The notes beneath the pieces were generated by a model. It was given only the letters and a program-made list of their open reading frames with translations. It was not told the origin of the DNA and did no database searches. A program made the position numbers and the translations under genes. From positions 528,432 through 578,488 of the forward strand of contig NW_008246100.1 of the NCBI RefSeq assembly GCF_000281045.1: a stretch of DNA of 50,057 nt. The letters are read 5' to 3'. Source of the DNA: Saprolegnia diclina VS20. Taxonomy: Eukaryota. This document shows, piece after piece, positions 10,839 through 22,794 of this stretch. How positions within the stretch are numbered: position 1 is the first letter of the stretch; each line of letters begins with the position of its first letter.

Positions 10839-11141
10839 ATGGCAAAAGTCGCATCGGAGCAAGCACTTACTATCGCGCCCATGGACGAGACGAGGACCGA
10901 GACGCCGGAGCGAGCAGTCGAGGAAGAGACACCCGAGGGCCTGCGCCAGTCGAGCTCGTTTATGAACGAGAACCCGTGGAACCGAGCGCGCACGGGGCGA
11001 AAGATCGTCTTTGTCGACGAGCAAGACAGCGGCACGCCGCTGCACGAGATCACGTACTCCAAGCAGACGCATTACTCGAGGACGACGCAGGCGCCACCGC
11101 CGCCGACGCCGCCGAGTGGCGGCTGCTGCGTCGTACAGTAG
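10839..11141 (+). CDS. Small protein with RVxF-like motif and C-terminal CaaX box
   Basis: 100-aa ORF with RKIVFVDE and ending GGCCVVQ* (CaaX plus adjacent Cys). Start may be ATG 10881. Confidence 0.7.
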   Translation: MAKVASEQALTIAPMDETRTETPERAVEEETPEGLRQSSSFMNENPWNRARTGRKIVFVDEQDSGTPLHEITYSKQTHYSRTTQAPPPPTPPSGGCCVVQ

Positions 11142-11457
11142 CATAGACCACGACGCGTAGGCTGCGCGTTTTGGACACCCGCGCCGCGTCCGCGTATACA
11201 GACAATATTAGAGTGTTAGGCTTGTTCAATGGATGATTATGACCAAGTATTCGTGCGTCCTCTTCGCTAGAACGTGCAGCGACCATTACCTGACACTCTC
11301 GCCCCGTCACTCCCTCGCTGTGTGCATGCAATGCATCTACAACGCAGCGTACCACCGTCGTCGGCTATTTCATCTCGTTGATGAGAGGTCTCGAGCCTTA
11401 GTTGGCCCGACCCACAAGAGTAGCGGATTGCTCAAAGTTAGTCGAAATGAGTTGGAT

Positions 11458-12301
11458 TCACTCAAAGTGAACGCGGCCAAAGCACGACGTCAGGTGAAAG
11501 TTGTCTTGGTTGGGCGCGTTCCAGGCGCCGCACGCAAGCTGCGGGAACGTTGTCGGCGACGTGATCTTGCGCAAGAAGTTCATGCGCCATACGGAGCCTT
11601 TTGGGTTGACCACGTTGAAGAGATTGAGGGGCAGCGACGCGTTGGATGTCCACGTCTGGCTGGTCTCGTCCATACTGGTGGTCGCCGTGATGCCGAGTGC
11701 CCGTGCCTCGGCTTCGTCTTTTCCGACGTAAAAGTGGCCCACGGGCGGGCTAAAATCTCTGCGCGGATTCAAGATGAACGCGCTGTACGTCTGGTTGGTC
11801 GGCGAGACCTCAAACTCAAAGTAGCTCGTTGGGTCGTCGTCGCCAAGCGCAAGGAACATCTCCATGACTATCATGCATGAGCTACACAAGCTGCAAGAGC
11901 GTCGTACCGTTGTACTCCCAAATGTTGTCGTTGTGGCCATACGTGGGCTTGACGAAGAAGGCATCTTGCTGCATCGCACTGAACGTGAGCTCAATCGTCG
12001 TGTTGGTGTAGCACAGCGCGACGGTCGTGCCAGGGTACATCGATCGGCTGATGACGCTCTGACCGACGGTGATGACGGACTGCGCGGGGCAGGCAGCCAC
12101 CGAGAGCGACGGCACGGGCAGGCAGCCAAACGGTCCGGCGCTCACGTCGAGCGACGTGACGCGCAGCGTCTGGTCCATGCGGACAACCATGGCCAGTGAG
12201 TAGAGCGCTGCGATGGCGATGCAGAGAAAGACGCGGTGGCGGCGCAGCGCCTGGCCGTGCACCTCGAGAGCGTACGTGCCGTACATTGCGGCGCGGTGCA
12301 T
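11458..12301 (-). CDS. Carbohydrate-binding family 9-like (DOMON-like) protein with N-terminal membrane anchor, 2 exons
   Basis: TM segment VFLCIAIAALYSLAMVV; one intron near 11868-11907 joins IWEYN-VMEMFLA; motifs YFEFEVSP, WRMNFLR, AWNAPNQDNFH typical of CBM9_2-like proteins. Confidence 0.72.
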
Positions 12302-12432
12302 CTTGCAATCTTCCGGTCGTTGCGTTGATTGGCCAAAATGAAAAATATGGAAGCCAGCCTCGCTTCGATATTCTCTGGGGCGCCTTCAACACTGCAGTGT
12401 CGATGTGTATATATTACGCGTGCAATAAATGG

Positions 12433-15400
12433 CTAATCAATTTTCTCTTTGGCGTGGGGAATGTGAATCACGTTGGGGCCCGTGACCTTGAGGAGCGTCT
12501 CGGGCGATCGAAGGACGCGAATGAGCGTCTCGAAGAGTCGGGCTTCGTCCTTTTCGCTGCTATGAGCTCCGATACCTAAAATTTGTCGAATTACCTTGAG
12601 ATGTCCGACATATTCTTCTTGTCGCGCAATGTAAATGCCCTGCAAAGACATGGAATCGGAGGATCGAAAAGCGAATTTTGTGCACCTCGACCAAGTCCAT
12701 GAGGTCGTCCGGATTCGGAAGCTCCGTGTACAGAATGTCCGAGACGTTGCCGCGCAGGATGCTCTTGACATGCGCGCCGATGGTGAAGAGCACCTACGCA
12801 AATATTGTCCAATTGTCCATTGCACAATATGTTTCGCACAAAGACATAAGTCGCCGTGATGCCGTAGGAGCCAATGCCGATCGAGTTCAAGCCCGGCACA
12901 ATGTTGTCCGAGACTGTGATCAAGCAAAAGCCCGCACTCGCCGGGCACGAAATCGCCGTCGCGTTGCTGACGGGTCTACTTCGACGATGAGCCATGTCGG
13001 TGATTCGCATCATATACGACGTAGCATTGGTGTAGGCAAACGTATCGAGCGAGACGAGGGACCAGTAGCTGCCACTCGACGCCTCGGCAAACCGCCGGAT
13101 CTACACCAGCATTTGGTGGGCGCCATCTCCACGTCGTGCATACCTCGATCGTGCGGAGTAGAAACGGGGCGCGGACGTGCGGCGGCGCCGTCGCTGCAAT
13201 GTTGAGCACCGAGGGGTACATATTTGAAATGCGCAGCGTCGCCGACGTGCCGATCTCGTAGCTGGCTTGCGACGCCACGTCCACGTTCATCATGACGGCC
13301 ATGAGCTGTCGCTGCGGCGCGGTCACATTCTGCAACCACGAATAGGTCACCTACAGACCCTCAGCACGCTTCTTCTGCGACGTGCGTACCGCTTGCTGGC
13401 CTTGGGGCGCCGGGCGTGAGAACGTCAATGTCATCTTCCATTGAATGACGTCGGTCGAGTTGAGCTTCTCAATGAGCTTGCGTCGCAGCGGCGGCGAGCT
13501 GCTCCAGAGGTTGTTCGAGTAGGAGGCAAATGCTATGTCTTGCGCATACGTTTCGATCGCCGATGTAAATATGAGCTTGGACGCTGGGTTCGTATTCGAC
13601 TCTACAATGCTAGAATGAAAACTTGAACTGTAGCCGGTACGGTACGGCTCGTGTAGAGCTGCTGGAACGTGCCGTCGCTCTGGACAAGCCCAAACTCGGC
13701 CGACGCCTGCACGACTGCATTCTGCACTGTCGTTGGGTTGGCCGTGCTGAAGAGCGCCAAGGGCGCCACGAGGCAGACGAGAATACCCGCAAAGTAGACA
13801 CCCGCCGTCTGGAGCTTGCTCTTCATCGGCTGCCGCTGGTTGCCCTGCGTATGGGCATGACTGACGGTGACGCAGCCACCTGAACGTACCGTCAAGATGT
13901 CGCACTGCTCAACTCGGGTGTCCATGGCCAGCTTGACCTGGAAGAGGTGTGCGGCGATGCCTTCGAGCGTCAGCCACATGCGAAGGTCGAGCGCGGTCGT
14001 CGAGCAAATGTAGTCGAGAAGCGCGCGCATCTCAAACGCAAACGGAGTCGCGAGGTAGATACCAAAGGTTGTCTTGGTGAGTGCGTCGGCTTGGCGAATG
14101 CTGAGCGGGTTGCCGCGGAAGACGACGTAGCCGTACTTGATTTGCTGGCTGCTTAGCACGAGGTAGATGCACTGGAGACCGTAGTAGGCGACCAGCGACG
14201 GCGACGACGGGAGGTACGTGGTCGTCGCGGTCGGCAGCACGAGCCACACGAGACTGTGCACGCACAGCACGACAAAGTAGTGCAAACACAGCTTGATGCG
14301 CAGCGAGCCGTAGACGTACGCGACGCGGTCCCAAATGATGACTGCCACGTGGAAGAAGACCAAGCCGACCATGTAGCCCGAGAGCATCGAGCCGTTGAAC
14401 GAACTCAAGCTCAAGGCCGACGACGGCGCAGCGCCTGGCACGGGCGGGTCGCCAAGGTTGTGGAAGAAGAGGACTGCGTACGCCATCGAGAGAACACACG
14501 CGCCAAACGAGGCAAGCGTGTAGTCCCGGCCGGGCTTCGTACCTAGCGCCGCCTTCTTGATGTCCTTGTCCCAGTCGACCGGCGGCGACGGCAACAGGTG
14601 CTTGTAGTACTCTAGCACCCACGCCGGTGCCTACAAACCAGCGTATTCCTATAGATCGCTCGGGACATCTCTACCTCGCGGCCAAAGAGCGCTTGAAACC
14701 GGCTGGGCCGCGGAATGAGCGCTTGGGCTTCATCAATGTAGACGGGCTCCACACCACTCGGCAGTCCCTCGCTGGGCACAGCCGGCTCGCTCGGCGTCGT
14801 GCTTGAGCTCGGCTTGGTCTCGTCGTTTTCACTACCTTCGTCGCTGGCGTCGTCGTCATCCAAATCAAACGACGGCGACAGCGGATGCAGCAGCAACGGC
14901 GCGTGGTCGTCGAGTCCTTCGTCCAAAAGCCGCTCCACGTGGTTGTTGAGATCACTGAGTGCGTCCTGCCGCGTATGGTGTTCGATACTTGGAACTTCGT
15001 CGCCACTTGGCGTCATGGGCACGTCGGCCGTGTTGGACGCGGCCAGAAAGTCGGCCAGTTCAAATTGGTTGCCGTTGAGCGAGTCGGTCGAGTCGTGCCG
15101 GCGTATACGGCGGCGGCTCAGCGTGCTCTGACTTGCGTCAGTATCGTCTTGGTTGTCTTGAGCTTCGGTCTCTTCGATGGCTTGCAGCGCGTCTAAATGC
15201 AGCCGCGTCAAGTCCAAGTTGGCCACCATTGATCCATTGACGTTCTTCTTCGTATCCGACTTTAGCGGTCGTTTGACCAAGTAGCGCTGCCAGACGTACT
15301 GCCAGCGCGGCAGCGCTTTCAACGCTGCGGCATCGTCGTCGTCGTCGTTCGGATTCGACGTGGTGACGTGCGCCAGCACCCAAAACCCGCGAATCTGAAG

Positions 15401-18400
15401 CTCGCGCCGGTGAAAGAGCACAGCACAAATCACAAGAAAGGTCCACTGGAGACCTTGAAACTTGGTGGTGACGGCCGACGTTGCGCTGCCGTCGTACTTG
15501 TAGAGCCCGGCAAGTACGATGGGTTGGAAGGGCACGGCCGTGAGCGAGAGCTGGGTCTCGGGGCAGAACGGCTGCATGCTACACCAGATACCCTAGCCCT
15601 TGTCCTCACGATCTCGCATTTCTTGCTACCTCGGGTACAAACGTTGGCTCTGGGTGTAGTTATGACAAAAGAACGGTAGCTGGAAGAGATACCGGACAAA
15701 GAGCGCTATAAACGACTAGGATTGACGTGAGCATCCTCAAAATGACGCCAAAACACGCAATATACGTATTTGAGAATCCACTTCCAGAGGTAGGCGCTCG
15801 GTCGCGGGTTCTCGCAGAGCACGACGAGGAAGAGAGCGACGACGTAGACGGCATTGAGCGCGTCGGCCTGCGCGCCATCAACGACAGCCCTTGACACGTA
15901 CCATGCGTGTTACCTGAAATGCAAACGCGGCGATGAACGAGAGGTAGCAAAATGGCCCCGAGTGGCTGCGCAGAACGTTCACCAGCACCGCGCAGAGCTC
16001 GCTCACGCTTGGCACGTCGAGCGTCTCGATCTGGTTCAGGTCCAGCGCTCTTGTCTCGTGCTGCAGCGCCACATCTTGTAGTGTCTACCGCACCATACAA
16101 ATATATGTCATGTTGAACACAGCCTCGTCCTTACATGGAGAATCGCATACAACTGCACGAACCACAGCACTTGGGGTGCTCGCGCTGGCGGCGGCGCGTC
16201 GACGACCGATGCAAGCGAGTCGCGCCGGGTCGATGGGGACAGTGAAAACGAGAGGCTCCGCGACGATGGACTCTCGAGACTCCGCAAGTCGGGCTGCGTC
16301 GAGTGCCGGCGCATACTCGTTGGCGGCGGCGTCAGAAAATACGCGGGGATCTGCAAGTGCTTGCTACCGAGGTACGCGAGGAGACGCGGTCCCAACGCAA
16401 GCGGCGGCGCGCCGTACGCCAGCGCAGCGACCCACGTATCGAACGTCGCCATTGACTCGGGCTGGAAGCTGTACGTCCGCGTCTTGGGTGGGCCCTTGGG
16501 TGCAGGTACGACGACGTGCACGTCCATGCAGTACATCTTTGGCGACATCTCGTCGAGCTGGTGTTGGTGCTCGGTGAGATCGAGGCTCGCAATATGGCCC
16601 AAGCAGAAGCTCGGAAACTCCTTCTTTGCTTGCATTGCGCGCTTCTTGCGAAGCGTCGGCTGCGCAGCGACCTCGTCTCGGTGCTTCATGGCCACGACTT
16701 CGCTTCGATACAGCGTGAGCCGGTCGCCGTCGACTACCACGTAGCGCTATGTACATGGTGAGCTATGCATATTCCGGGATGGCCCTACGAGGGTGTGGCG
16801 CGCGGTCTGGAGCGAAGGAAAATACGTGCTGAGACGCAAAAGAGCACCGTGCCGAGGCACCGTCTTGCGCGTGCGCAGCCAGCCGCCGGTGCAGCTGTCG
16901 CCCCAATTGAGCGCGATCGTGCCTACGTCGGACTCAGCGGCCAGACGTGGAGAAGTGTCGCGTACTGGCGGGGGCACTCGGGGCGCTAAAGGGTCCTTCG
17001 CCCATGCGCGAGACCGCGGCCACTTTGAACTGGTACGTCGTGTCAGGCCGGAGGCTTCTGATTTCACACGAGGTCGAGTGCGCCTTGATCGTGACGACGT
17101 CGCCAAAGTCCCCAAGCAGCGTCAGCGATGGAAACACTTGGCGCGAAATGCGGTAGCTCCGAATCTTGTGGATCTTGGACTCGGGCGGCGTCCACTGCAG
17201 CGTCACGGAATTCTGCGACGTGGCCACAACGCGCGGGCGCGCGGGGGCGACGGGGGGTAGCGAATAGTGCAGCCTAGACATACATTTGTATCAACTTGAT
17301 ATCAACCAAGAATCAAGAAAGCGCAAGGAAATCGATGGCTACCCCATCGCGATGTCCATCATCTCTTCGACCTTGTTGACGAGCTTGGACACGATGACTT
17401 TGAGGCGCTGGATCGCAGCCTGTTTTTCCTGCTTGAGGTGGCGCCACTGTAGAATGCGATCTCTTGCGATCGCGTCGTTGAGAAGGAACCCGCGCTTCTG
17501 ACACCGCTCGAGCTGACTCCGATGATACTACAATGACACGTCCCATCGTCAAGGAGAATGAAGAATCGAGAGGGAGTCGGTACGTCGAGAACATCGGCAT
17601 ACGCTGGCGAGTCGAGGATCTGCGCCAGCAAGAGCAGCACGAGAAACATCACAATCGACAGCGTCGGTGGCGACGCCGCGTCCGAGGTGCCTACTGCCGT
17701 ACCTGCCTTGTAGAGCCCGAGCGAGACGGGGACGGAGAGGCAGACGCCGTTGGACGCGGACCGCGTGCCGAGGTTGCATGCTTCCGTCGTGTCGTGAAGC
17801 CACGGCATTTGGTAGACGAGGAGCGCAATCAGGTAGAGCCAGTTGAAGCCCATGAGGGATCGCAATAGCTTGGGTTGCAAGTCGCTCCGGTCCAAATGGA
17901 AGAGAAGGTAGATCGAGTAGGCGAGGTACACGCCAGAGGCAACGCCGAATTGCGCACAGCCCGTGACAAAGACGTAGACGAGCACGGTGGGCACCGAGTA
18001 GTGCAGCACAAGCGTCGAGAGGGTCGTCCAAAGGGCCGGCGGTCGTTGCATATTCTCTGGGTGCGACGCGATCGCGGTCAGCGCCGACGGCCGCGGTAGC
18101 AAGGCGAGACACAACATGCACGAGAAGTCCGTGACGAGCGACCACTTGTGCTGGAAGCGTAGAAAGAGCCACTGCTGCAGAGCGGGTGACAAGGCCGACC
18201 AGGGCAAGTAGCTGCTCTGCGCCGCGAGGAGCCACGACGGTACCCACAGCATAAGTGCATATTGCGCTATCGCGATACACATGAGGAGGGGTGTGAGGCG
18301 GCGCAAGAGCTGCAGATACAGCCCGTCGCTGGTCCAGTCGGCGTGCCGCACCGCGCGAACGACGAGCAGATACCCAAGCGAAAGCACGTTGAGATGCACG

Positions 18401-21400
18401 AACGCCGACACGACGAGCGCGAAGAGGAGAACGCTGATCGCCAGCGGGCGCGTCCAGAGCCGTGAGAGTATCGTGACCCAGCTGGCGACGACCGGTGGCG
18501 GCGTAAATGAGTCGGGCACGAGCCAAGAGGCGACACGCTGGAAGCTGCAGAGCACGAGCATTAGCACCGGCGCGCGACCGAGTCGCCAGAGCGTCGTGTT
18601 GCCCGCAGAGTCGTCGAGGCGGGCAAACCCTAACCAGCGTCGCGTCGCGGCCACATCGGCGTTTGCGAAAATGTCGAGTCGAAGTTGCACGCTGTACAAG
18701 ACGACGAGTACGAGCAGCGCAAGGGAAAAGAGGTATGGCCACGCCGCATCGAACCGGCGGTTGGGCGTCGCGCAGAGCGCAATCAAGTAGAAGGCCAAGC
18801 CGACGGCGCTGATGTCGACGGTCGCCAGGATGGCTGCAAGAAAGACGAGGAGAAAGCAGCTGTGCGAGACGCCGTGGATGAGACAGAGTGTGTACTGCCA
18901 GTAGGCTGCGCACGTTGGCGTTCGAAACACACTGTGAACGTGAATGGCCTTGTCCATGGCGGCGAGCTGCCACGCCGCCAGCCCCGCCATCTAGACGTGT
19001 TGCCATGAGTCCGTTGGTCATCGAGTCGAATGCTGTGTACCGCGCACGTGGGCAAGAGGTACAAGAAAAGCCCCGAGAGCTCCGTCTGGGACGCTAGCCT
19101 GCGAAAGCCAATGTCCTCCATGTTGCAGTACGGGAAGCTCCAGTTGCGTAAAATCGCGTCCGCGACTGGCTCAAACTGGTAGACGTAGCGCAGCACGAGG
19201 ATAACGAGCTCGACGACTAGCACGAGCCGCCAGAGCCGGCGGTAGTGGGGCGTGCCCCGTGGAAAAGCCGTCAAGTTGCTCAAGTGCGAGTCGAGAAGCG
19301 CGGCCAAGAGAAGGAGCTGGACGCAGCCGACGGCCGTCGCATACCGTCCGTCGCTCGTGCGCTCGTACACGAGGGCGACGGCAAGTAGCACAACGTAGTT
19401 GACGGCGACACCAACGAGGCGGTACGCGCGGTCAATCTCCAGGGCAAACCGAGACACATAAAACCACGGGCGCTTGCTACCCGTGATCGCACTAGTCAAC
19501 CCGAGTGAGCACCTACGCTCCACATGGCAAAGGACACAGCGGCTACCGTAAATGAATGTGCTTGTTATAGAGCACGAGCTGAGCGACGACTTGGGCGATG
19601 AGCAGCAGCTGCGCGTTGAAAAGCGAGGACGTCCAGAGGCTCCCAAGCCGCGGTGCGGTCGTATTAAAGACACCGACTTCAATGACCATGCCTAGCGCAT
19701 TCCCGCTGCCGCTGCCATTGTAGAGAATAATCAATGGCGTCGGCGTCGGTGTCACCGTTGGCACCGGCGCCGTCGTCGTTGCAGGTGCCGAGAGGGTGGA
19801 TGGTAAAGGCGCCGACGTCAAGAGAATCGGCTCCAGCGTCGGTGTGTCGGCAGATATTGGGCGTGGCGTGGACGGCAGGATCGTGACTTTGGTGTCGCGA
19901 TAGCAGCTGAGGCCGGCGATGGTGTAGAGAGCTGCATCGGTCGTTGGCGTCGGACACGTTATGTTCCACACGTAGACCGCAAAGCAAATCGCGAGCGAGT
20001 AGAGAAGAAGGCCGCGCCAGAGCCGCTGGCGGTGGGTTTTGTATAGCGAGAGGTACGTCGCTAGGATGAGAAAGCCGGCTTGGAACAAAGTCGCGGCCGT
20101 GCTCAGCACGACGACTACACAGACACAATAACGTCTCTATCGCATCCTTCGCAAGCAGCTACGTACCAAAAATGGTAAACAGCACCATCTTGTCGACGTG
20201 GCAGAGCGCCATGAGCCGCATGTCCTCGAACCAGCGAGCAAAATGCGACGTGGCGTCGGCAGGACCCTCGGCCGCAGATGTTGAACGTGGCGCTGGATGA
20301 TGCCAGACACGCCGCGTCCGATGGCAGCCGCAGAGCACAAGTGCGCAGATCGTTTGAAGCCCCAGATCCATGTCGTCGTAGCCTAATGTCGCATAGTACG
20401 TTGGCAGTGCCGATGCGACGCAAGGGAGCAGGAGCAGGTACGCCGACGTGGCGTACGCAAGGCTGTAGCTTGTCATGAGCACAAGTAGTGGCGTTGACGT
20501 GCCCTGGACGCCGTACACGCCGAGGAAGGCAAACGTGATGCCCAAGAGACCCGCGCTCACGTACGACGGGTACGAAATGCACCAAAACACCGCGACGACG
20601 ACCGCGACGAGGTCGTAGCAGAAGAGTTTGGCGACGACGTCGGGCAAGCTCGACGCGAGCGCGTTGGCGGCCGGTGCGCGCGCGTGCATGTAGAAGGACC
20701 GGAGCTTGGCGGCGCTGAGAAACAAACCGACTTGCGCGGCTATCGACACGTAGGGCGTGCTTGCCTCGCGCTACCGATACGAGATCAACGCTGCAATGCA
20801 ACGCACTGACGACGTACATGTACTTGGAGACCGAGGATCTCGCCGGCGCGCTCGGTGAGCGGCATGGTGGCCCAGAGCGGATACTGGTAGACGTGTCTAC
20901 CAAGCATGTGAGGCGTGTATGTTCACAAACGTAGCGGTTTACGCGCAGAGGAGGCACACGACATTGATCGTCAGCAAGACGGGAATGTTGGCGTCGGTGA
21001 AAAAGTCTTCGGCCAACGGCGTCGCGTGAAAGGACGGCTGCCGCTCGACGATTGGCGACGGCAGGTCCTCCAGCGTCGACGCGATGCGCGTGGTCGTCTG
21101 GTAGCGCACGCCGAGGTGGCCGCACCCCGCGCCGTTTGCGAGCAGCTGGAATCGGGCGTCGGACTTGCCGTGCTTGGCGAGCAGCGTCGAGGATCGGAAC
21201 GTGCACTGACCCACGCGCCGCATGTTCTCGATGCATGCTCCGTCCGAGGCCGACGCGAGAACGACGGCCTTGAGCTGCACAGCCTACATCAACCGTGGTC
21301 TTGGTATAGTGGTCTCCAAAGCGGACCTCGTCGGTCTCGAGAGGGACTGAGACGGGGACGTGGAAGGTTGCGTTGACATCTTCGACGCTCTGCGTCTCGG

Positions 21401-22274
21401 TTGCGCCGACAAGGACAGATTCATCGCCGCCTACACGCACACATCACCTCCGCGTCGACACCAACGACACGAGTACGTTGGATGTAGACACCAATGGCCC
21501 GTCGCCGAGGGCTTGTTGTCGTTATCCCAGTGTAGCTCATATGCAGCTCGAGAGCTTTGTGCAAAGTGGTAATGATACGGGGTGGCGGCGCGGCGACCAC
21601 CGCAGGCGGCGGCAGCGGTGGGATCATGGTAGTCACAAAGGTCCACTGCACAACGCGCCCGACGCCAAACAGATAGTAGACGCCCCCGAGGGCGCCAGGG
21701 GTCGCCAACGCTGCAACGAAGAGGCAGCCGCCAATGATAGCTTGGTTGAGCAGCACGACAAGCGCTTGGAGGTTGATGTGTGCGTCGAGACGATGCACTG
21801 CGTTGCGCAGCGCAGGCAGTCGTTCCAAGAGCGACGCCAGCATCGCGACACCCGACACCTGACGCTGCAGTGGCCGCCTAGAACGCCGTATGAGTCTTCG
21901 CGGGATGGAGCTCGCACATACGGAGACGCGTGTCGCTGGCGAACGGTCTGCGCAAGACCGAGGACGGCAATGGCAACGTCGACGAGGATGTTGCCGGTGC
22001 TGACGTTGACGCCGGCAAAGGCGAACCAGACGTTGGCGCGCGCAAGGGGCCACCCCGCCGCCATACAGTAGCCGACCAACGATGCGGCGGCGACCGCGGC
22101 GGCCATTGGCGGTAGTGCTGGGCGCGCAAACGATGTGAGGCAGCCAGCGACGCTGCCGAGAAGGTACATTGTCGCGACTAGACTCGGCGTGCGCCAAACG
22201 GCGCCGGCGAGAAGTGCCAACGAAAAGGCGTCGAGGACGTACGCCGTCGTCCGCGCTCGCCACGTGGATGCCAT
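12433..22274 (-). CDS. PIEZO: Piezo-type mechanosensitive ion channel, many exons, with inserted C2-like, FN3 and PH domains
   Basis: Many hydrophobic TM exons. Piezo anchor/pore signatures: IIWDRVAY, QQIKYGY, TPFAFEMRALLDYICSTTALDLRMWLTLE, LVAPLALFSTANP, SYGITATYVFV, ILYTELPNPDDLMDLVEGIYIAR, LIRVLRSPETLLKVT. Probable start MASTWRAR at 22274. Internal exon boundaries not all resolved. Confidence 0.93.
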
Positions 22275-22794
22275 GGTGGGAGCTCGTGAAACGCCGACTG
22301 GCACGACTCCCTGCCCATAAGACTCGTGTTGTCGCATAGATCTTAGAGCGATGGATCGGGTGATTTGCGCACTTTATGAAACCGAAACGTTGGTTTTTAG
22401 GAAACAAAGGCGGCGACTTGACAATCCGAGGGGCATGGACGCTGGTTGTCGTGCAAATACCTCTTCTTTTTATACGGCGATGCTGTGATGTGGCTACTGG
22501 CGTACATCTTAGGAGGCGCTTTGGTCCTTCTCGGTCCCATGAGGTCGCTTGCTATCGAACAGAGTTGCAATCTTCGAACGTGCGACTGCTCGACGCGCGC
22601 AAGAACCAGAAAACCGCCGACGGATGCTCGTCAGGTGAAGCAGTCGAACGTCCGACAAACGTTTTTGCTCCAATCTCTAGGAAAATTGAGGGTCCAAAGT
22701 GTCTCCACCAGCATTAGTCGCACCACCACCAGGCCGCCTTAGTTGTATTTTGCGCTAATTGAAAGAATGGTATCGTGCGAGCGTTCAAACCTTA

